A stretch of DNA of 64,000 bases from Desulfobacterales bacterium (lineage in GTDB: Bacteria; Desulfobacterota; Desulfobacteria; Desulfobacterales; UBA11574): assembly GCA_022340885.1 (NCBI GenBank), contig JAJDND010000085.1:19780-83779 (forward strand). Direction: 5' to 3'. This document shows positions 59,101 to 64,000 of this stretch, piece by piece (the first letter of the stretch is position 1; each line of letters starts with the position of its first letter). Made by a program: the position numbers and the translations under genes. Below the pieces are notes generated by a model. That model searched no databases and was not told the DNA's origin. It saw nothing but the letters and a program-made list of their open reading frames with translations.

Positions 59101-60840
59101 TTATCCCGCCTTTTTATAGGACTTTGATTTAACGAAATCGAAAACAAATAAGAAGTTCAGAATAAACATCACCAGCAGAATCACCATCACCGACCACCCG
59201 GGAACCGGTTTTGCGGCAATCGCACCGGGCTGAACCACAACGATAAACCATAGGAGTCCCGCTGTAACGGTAATCCAGAGCAGCCAGGCGGGAATCACCG
59301 CGACATTGGCATATCCGGATTTCAGCTTTTTCGCGACATAAGCAGCACCGGTCATGAGTGCGATGGATGCGATCAGCTGGTTTGCAGCGCCAAAGGATCC
59401 CCAGATAACGAGCCAGTTGCCGCTGGCCGCAAGGTAGATGCCGATGGCTGCGGGGATAATCGACGCCACCAACCGCTGGGTCAGCAAATTGTATAGTCCT
59501 TGAGCATTTTCCTTCAGCGGCGCAGCCATTTCCGACAAACAGTATCTGGCCAGGCGGTTGGTCGTGTCCAGCGTGGTCATGGCAAAAGACGCCACCCACA
59601 TTCCGGCAAGCACTTTGACATATTGAACAGGTATAAATGAAAGCCATGTCGACGCCACCATGTCGGCATAAGATTGCACAAAGAGGTTGGCTTGTGAAAG
59701 CCCCAATTTTGCGGAGATTCCCGTAAAGGTTGCGCCCCAGTTGGATGCATTGAGGGTGAATTCCACCGCCTTTGCCGCGGCAGCCGCCTTGAGGGCCGCA
59801 TAACCGAAACCGGCAATAGCGACAACGACAATCGTCGAGAGGAATCCTTCCATAAACATGGCGCCGTAACCGATCAACAGGCCGTCGCTTTCTTTGTCGA
59901 GCTGCTTGGAAGATGTTCCCGAAGCCACCAGCGAGTGGAATCCGGACAGCGAACCGCAGGCAATGACTAGGGGAATCGCCGGCCAGAACGGTGTCGCCTT
60001 GCCTCCCAGCAGCACCGGAGAAAAACCGGCGAATGCCGGCACCTCGAACCCTTTGAAGGCAAAGATGGCGGCGACAAACCCCAGAACCAGTCCGGCATAA
60101 AGTAGCCAGGAGTTCAGATAATCCCTGGGCTGGAGAAGAACATTTACCGGAATCGCCGATGCAATGATGATGTAGAAAAAGAAAACCCACATCCAGATCG
60201 GATAAGATGCCTTGATAGGAATGACGGTGCCGAGCCAAATCGCAAAGGCAAGCATGACAATACCGATGATCGTCGCCAGGCCGAAGTTCATCTTTACCCG
60301 GTATATCAGCACCCCCAGAATCAGGGCGGCAATGATTTTAAAAAGATATGCCGATGCAATGGCCGGCGTTCGGACGAACATTCCGCCGATAATGGCAGCG
60401 AAGGCGGCGACCACAAGGATCAACAGGAAAAAAACGATCCAGTAAAACGCATACCCCGTCCGCTTGCCGATAAGATCGGTGGCAACGAACTGCACGGATT
60501 TCCCGTCGTAACGAACCGATGCCATCAGCGACAGATAGTCATGGACGGCACCGATAAAAATATTGCCGAACCAGACCCATAAAAGCGCCGGCGCCCACCC
60601 CCAGCAAATCGCCAATGCCGGTCCGATGATAGGGGCCGCACCGGCAATGGAGGCAAAGTGATGCCCCAAAAGCACCTCCTTTCGCGCCGGGATATAATCG
60701 ACACCGTCATAAAGGCGATGAGACGGTGTCGCCTGATCGATTGAAACCTTTACCACATCACTTTCAAGTTTCTTTCCGTATGTTAGATAAAGGACAAAAT
60801 AAATGAAAAACCCAACAACAATAATAAGCGTCGTCATCAT
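59101..60840 (-). CDS. cstA: Carbon starvation protein A family transporter
   Basis: GHHFASIAGAAPIIGP, GAVHDY, LLQPRDYLN, IACGSLSGFH, TTLDT, FGAANQL. Confidence 0.93.
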   Translation of the reverse strand: MMTTLIIVVGFFIYFVLYLTYGKKLESDVVKVSIDQATPSHRLYDGVDYIPARKEVLLGHHFASIAGAAPIIGPALAICWGWAPALLWVWFGNIFIGAVHDYLSLMASVRYDGKSVQFVATDLIGKRTGYAFYWIVFFLLILVVAAFAAIIGGMFVRTPAIASAYLFKIIAALILGVLIYRVKMNFGLATIIGIVMLAFAIWLGTVIPIKASYPIWMWVFFFYIIIASAIPVNVLLQPRDYLNSWLLYAGLVLGFVAAIFAFKGFEVPAFAGFSPVLLGGKATPFWPAIPLVIACGSLSGFHSLVASGTSSKQLDKESDGLLIGYGAMFMEGFLSTIVVVAIAGFGYAALKAAAAAKAVEFTLNASNWGATFTGISAKLGLSQANLFVQSYADMVASTWLSFIPVQYVKVLAGMWVASFAMTTLDTTNRLARYCLSEMAAPLKENAQGLYNLLTQRLVASIIPAAIGIYLAASGNWLVIWGSFGAANQLIASIALMTGAAYVAKKLKSGYANVAVIPAWLLWITVTAGLLWFIVVVQPGAIAAKPVPGWSVMVILLVMFILNFLFVFDFVKSKSYKKAG

Positions 60841-60962
60841 TTCCTCCTTTCTTTGTAAATCAGAGAATATTTTCTTAAAAAAGTTCTGTTACAAACTTCC
60901 TGACAGTATCGTTTCATTTTTTGTACCGGCATTTTTAAAATGCATGGCTTTGAATCAAAATG

Positions 60963-61101
60963 GCAAAAGACATGCCAAGATAAACTTTGCAGGCAAGATC
61001 AAATAATTCCCTGATAAGTCATGGTATTCTCAGTAGATCCATCAACTTTTCGACATGGACAAGGAGGATATTGGTGTCAGATTTTTTTACACGCTGTAAA
61101 A
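60963..61101 (-). promoter_or_regulatory. Sigma54 promoter + IHF-like site + activator box
   Basis: TGGCATGTCTTTTGC 60963-60977; TATCAGGGAATTA 61004-61016; tgtcagatttttttaca-cgc-tgtaaaa 61075-61101. Confidence 0.87.
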
Positions 61102-61156
61102 AAAATTAGGGTTTGACATTATTGCGAGTAATATACGATTTGAAATCTTCTGAGTG

Positions 61157-62770
61157 TCAATTTATTTTTTTCTTTTGATTTTCATACCATTTTGCAAACA
61201 GTTTATCGAAATACTTCTCGTCTTCGATCATCTCTTTGGTGATGTGATACGTCCCTCTGACTCCCATATAATTTAAGGCGGATGCGCCGGAAAGAAATTT
61301 TTTAAGCGTCTCGTATATCTGGAGGTTATGCTGGTGTGCATAGTTTTCAAAATAATCTTGCACCGATTCATCCAAGATGAGTTCGATCCCATATTCTTTT
61401 TTAAAATTCTCTACATAATCGACAAATGGAGATCTTTCCAGCATTTTCAAAAGAAAATCCTTAGGTTTTTCACACAACTCCCGATTTACTTTCAAAAATG
61501 AAAAATTGGAACCCGGAAGTTCGAATTGAAAATCCGTCAAGATGTTCTCCCATACGCTGACAAGGGCACGGGCGCCTGTCTTTCGATTTTCCGCAGTTTC
61601 CGCAACATATTCGATGGCGTTTTGAGTAAACTCGAGATCGATATTGAAGAGCTTGAATTCCATTATATACTGATTGAGGATCGAATCCTTGGTGTCCTGC
61701 ATAATGCGAATCAAATCGTTTTTGGATAACAGGTTGACAAAGGTTCGTATGGGAGACCTGCCGATCAGCTCGGGAAGAAGTCCGAAATTAATATAATCAT
61801 CCGCTTCCGCTTCCTTGTAATAGTTTCTCAACCGACTCTTTTCGTTTTTTTTCTTTTCGGAAGCGAATCCTTTGATCTCGACACTGCCATCATCTTTTAC
61901 ACGGCCCTTATGCTGCAGACGTTTTTTTACGATAGACTCCAAATTGTCGCCCATTCTTTCAAAAGATCCTCCCAAAATAAACAGGATATTCTCCGTACTG
62001 ATCATACTGTCTCTTTTGCCGCTTTTTTCCCCTCTCTGTCGATCGATGACCTCCTGGATTTGCGAGGCAGCGGAATACGGATTGTTGATGGGAACGAGTT
62101 TTCTTTCTATCAGCTTTAAAACCGATCGCTGAAATCCTTCTCTTGAGATGTCGTGTCCGGCCAACGATCCGTCTTTTGCCTTTTTGTCGATTTCATCGAT
62201 ACAGATCAAGCCCCCATATCTGCTGATAAACCGCGCCTGCTCCTCACGACGGTGTCCCGGAGCCATATCAATCAATTCGCGAACCATGTCATCGGCACTC
62301 TTGCCCACATAACCGGCTTCGGTGTAGTCCGTGGCATCGATAATGAGTGTGGGGACCTGCAAAAGATCGCCTAAGACCTCCACGCAATAGGTTTTCCCAC
62401 TGCCTGATGGTCCCGCGGTGATCGTATTTTTCTTTCGAAATCTTTTTACCGTTTCATCTTCCGGATGCTCTCTGAGGTATTTGATCATGGCGAAATGATA
62501 GCCTGCGGCAATGGCCAGCCGCTTTTTATATTCCTCCTGGCCGATGACATATTTGTCCAGATGTTTTTTGATTTCTTTGGGTGTATAGATTTTGGGTTCA
62601 CCGGTTTCCGGTGTCTTTTTTTGCGAGGAAAATCGATTCTCTAGAAAAGACTGGAATGCCTCGCCGGCCCTTTCCTGGGCATCCAGGTATGCCTTGGCCG
62701 CTTCTTCTTCCGTGCAATTATAATCGGCCATGATCTGAGTGATAGCTTCTTTTGGAATGGATATTTTCAT
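61157..62770 (-). CDS. ClpX-like AAA+ ATPase without zinc-binding domain
   Basis: TPKEIKKHLDKYVIGQ, GPSGSGKT, DAT..TEAGYVG, IDEIDK, PELIGR, TGARAL. Confidence 0.87.
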   Translation of the reverse strand: MKISIPKEAITQIMADYNCTEEEAAKAYLDAQERAGEAFQSFLENRFSSQKKTPETGEPKIYTPKEIKKHLDKYVIGQEEYKKRLAIAAGYHFAMIKYLREHPEDETVKRFRKKNTITAGPSGSGKTYCVEVLGDLLQVPTLIIDATDYTEAGYVGKSADDMVRELIDMAPGHRREEQARFISRYGGLICIDEIDKKAKDGSLAGHDISREGFQRSVLKLIERKLVPINNPYSAASQIQEVIDRQRGEKSGKRDSMISTENILFILGGSFERMGDNLESIVKKRLQHKGRVKDDGSVEIKGFASEKKKNEKSRLRNYYKEAEADDYINFGLLPELIGRSPIRTFVNLLSKNDLIRIMQDTKDSILNQYIMEFKLFNIDLEFTQNAIEYVAETAENRKTGARALVSVWENILTDFQFELPGSNFSFLKVNRELCEKPKDFLLKMLERSPFVDYVENFKKEYGIELILDESVQDYFENYAHQHNLQIYETLKKFLSGASALNYMGVRGTYHITKEMIEDEKYFDKLFAKWYENQKKKIN

Positions 62771-62794
62771 AAACTTGCTCGCTTAGAAAACAGT

Positions 62795-62866
62795 AACCGC
62801 AAATGGACGCAAATAAACATAAATATTATTTTTTTAATTTGTGTTTATTCGTGTTCATCCGTGGTT
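62795..62866. repeat. REP-like inverted element of 9-nt units
   Basis: aaccgcaaatggacgcaaataaacataaat ... atttgtgtttattcgtgttcatccgtggtt. Confidence 0.65.
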
Positions 62867-62916
62867 TTATTTTTTCTCTTCCCTCTTTTCTCTTTCCTAT
62901 CTTTATGGTTTAGAAT

Positions 62917-63864
62917 TTAGGTTACAATCCACACCGCCATCTCTCTAGCCATTTGTACGATCTTGTTGCTTACCCGCCCCATGTCGAACTCTTTTACATT
63001 CGAAAATCCCCTTCGTCCGACAACTATGGTTCCATATCCTCCGTTTAAGGCCTCCATCACAATTGCACCGGTTCGGCTGGGAACCGGGCTAACGATTCTG
63101 GTATGGATTTTATTTCGATTAAAACCGGCTTTCTCAAAATGATCCGCGGCCTCTTTAAAAATAAAACTCATGATTTTTTCAATGTGTTCCGATTTTATTC
63201 CATCGACATCTCTGATCGCATGAATCAGGGAGACTTCCCAGCGTGAGCTGTCTGCCATGGCGCCGACATAATCGATAGTTCTCTTTGCGCCTTCCGACGC
63301 ATCTATGGCCAAAAGAATTTTCCCGACAAGGGGTGTGCCCCCCACAACGCAAACCGCCGTATGGGTAAGACGTCCGATCAGTTTATTGGCAACGCTTCCC
63401 CATAAAAAATCTTTAAGCATGCTCGTTCCCCAGCGGCCCACAACCACGCCATCATAATTATCACGAGACTCATGGACAATATCTCTGGCAATGCCTGCTT
63501 TTCTTGCTTGGATTTTAATTTGAACGGCATTTTGCGGAAAGTTTTGCTCCATAAACAACCGGCGCGCTTTTTCCATGAATATGTCAACTTTTTGGTTCTG
63601 TTCCACCTCCCAGGATCGGATGCGGTCATCCTCATGATGGTTTCCGGTCTCTGTTTCAATATCCCAAAAACTTTCCGGAAACTGTGTCAGCACATTAAAA
63701 AGAACAACCTCCGTACGATCCGGCGGAAACAACCGGCCGGCATAGCGCACCGCCTCAAAAGACTGGTTCGAACCATCCACTGCCAGCAGAAATTTTCTTT
63801 TGGATTTTCCCACGGAATGCTCCTTTTTGGATTTTTTAACGACATCTGCGTTGTCAACGATCAC
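62917..63864 (-). CDS. Tandem-domain universal stress protein
   Basis: LLAVDGS..VGRWG..GSVA; LLAIDAS..GRRG..GRVS; paralog of 38122-39060. Confidence 0.92.
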   Translation of the reverse strand: MIVDNADVVKKSKKEHSVGKSKRKFLLAVDGSNQSFEAVRYAGRLFPPDRTEVVLFNVLTQFPESFWDIETETGNHHEDDRIRSWEVEQNQKVDIFMEKARRLFMEQNFPQNAVQIKIQARKAGIARDIVHESRDNYDGVVVGRWGTSMLKDFLWGSVANKLIGRLTHTAVCVVGGTPLVGKILLAIDASEGAKRTIDYVGAMADSSRWEVSLIHAIRDVDGIKSEHIEKIMSFIFKEAADHFEKAGFNRNKIHTRIVSPVPSRTGAIVMEALNGGYGTIVVGRRGFSNVKEFDMGRVSNKIVQMAREMAVWIVT

Positions 63865-63905
63865 CCTGTGAGCGGATGATCATCAATTTCAATATAAATA
63901 TCGCC

Positions 63906-63960
63906 GCAAAAGACATGCCAAAATCGACCGTTTATGGAAAGATGGACTAACACATTGATT
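63906..63960 (-). promoter_or_regulatory. Sigma54 promoter + IHF site (activator box expected beyond the window end)
   Basis: TGGCATGTCTTTTGC 63906-63920; AATCAATGTGTTA 63948-63960. Confidence 0.82.
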
Positions 63961-64000
63961 AGAAGCCATCTCAAAAATGTCTTTTGTCCCAATTTCTGCG

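Noticed and set aside
59129-60238. 369-aa alternative-frame ORF inside cstA
   Set aside because: Same shadow-frame pattern; the cstA frame carries all family motifs

Overview
Bacterial chromosomal window whose gene content points to a sulfate-reducing or syntrophic deltaproteobacterium (Desulfobacterota); this assignment is inferred. It holds about 50 CDS, mostly on the minus strand, and I saw no rRNA, tRNA, CRISPR array or transposase. Metabolic genes include transketolase, a Na+-pumping acyl-CoA decarboxylase cluster, an acetyl-CoA hydrolase/transferase, glgA, glgP and cstA. Around them is a dense signalling and stress island with kinases, receivers, 6-7 USP-like proteins, cNMP, PilZ, STAS, CBS and CBM48 proteins. 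Five patterns stand out. (1) A Lon protease lacking its N-domain has a receiver domain inserted before the ATPase; that receiver is about half identical to the receiver of the nearby sigma54 activator, and the gene faces three small genes sharing a FAEAGEHETAL-type motif, one of them absent from the ORF track. (2) Eleven sigma54 promoters, most with a stereotyped layout: an IHF-like site ~27 bp and a TGT-N11-ACA-NNN-TGTAAAA box ~95-100 bp upstream. (3) A duplicated 80-bp palindromic operator next to a NarL-type phosphorelay. (4) A 145-148 bp MITE-like family with exchangeable termini. (5) Several unusual domain architectures.
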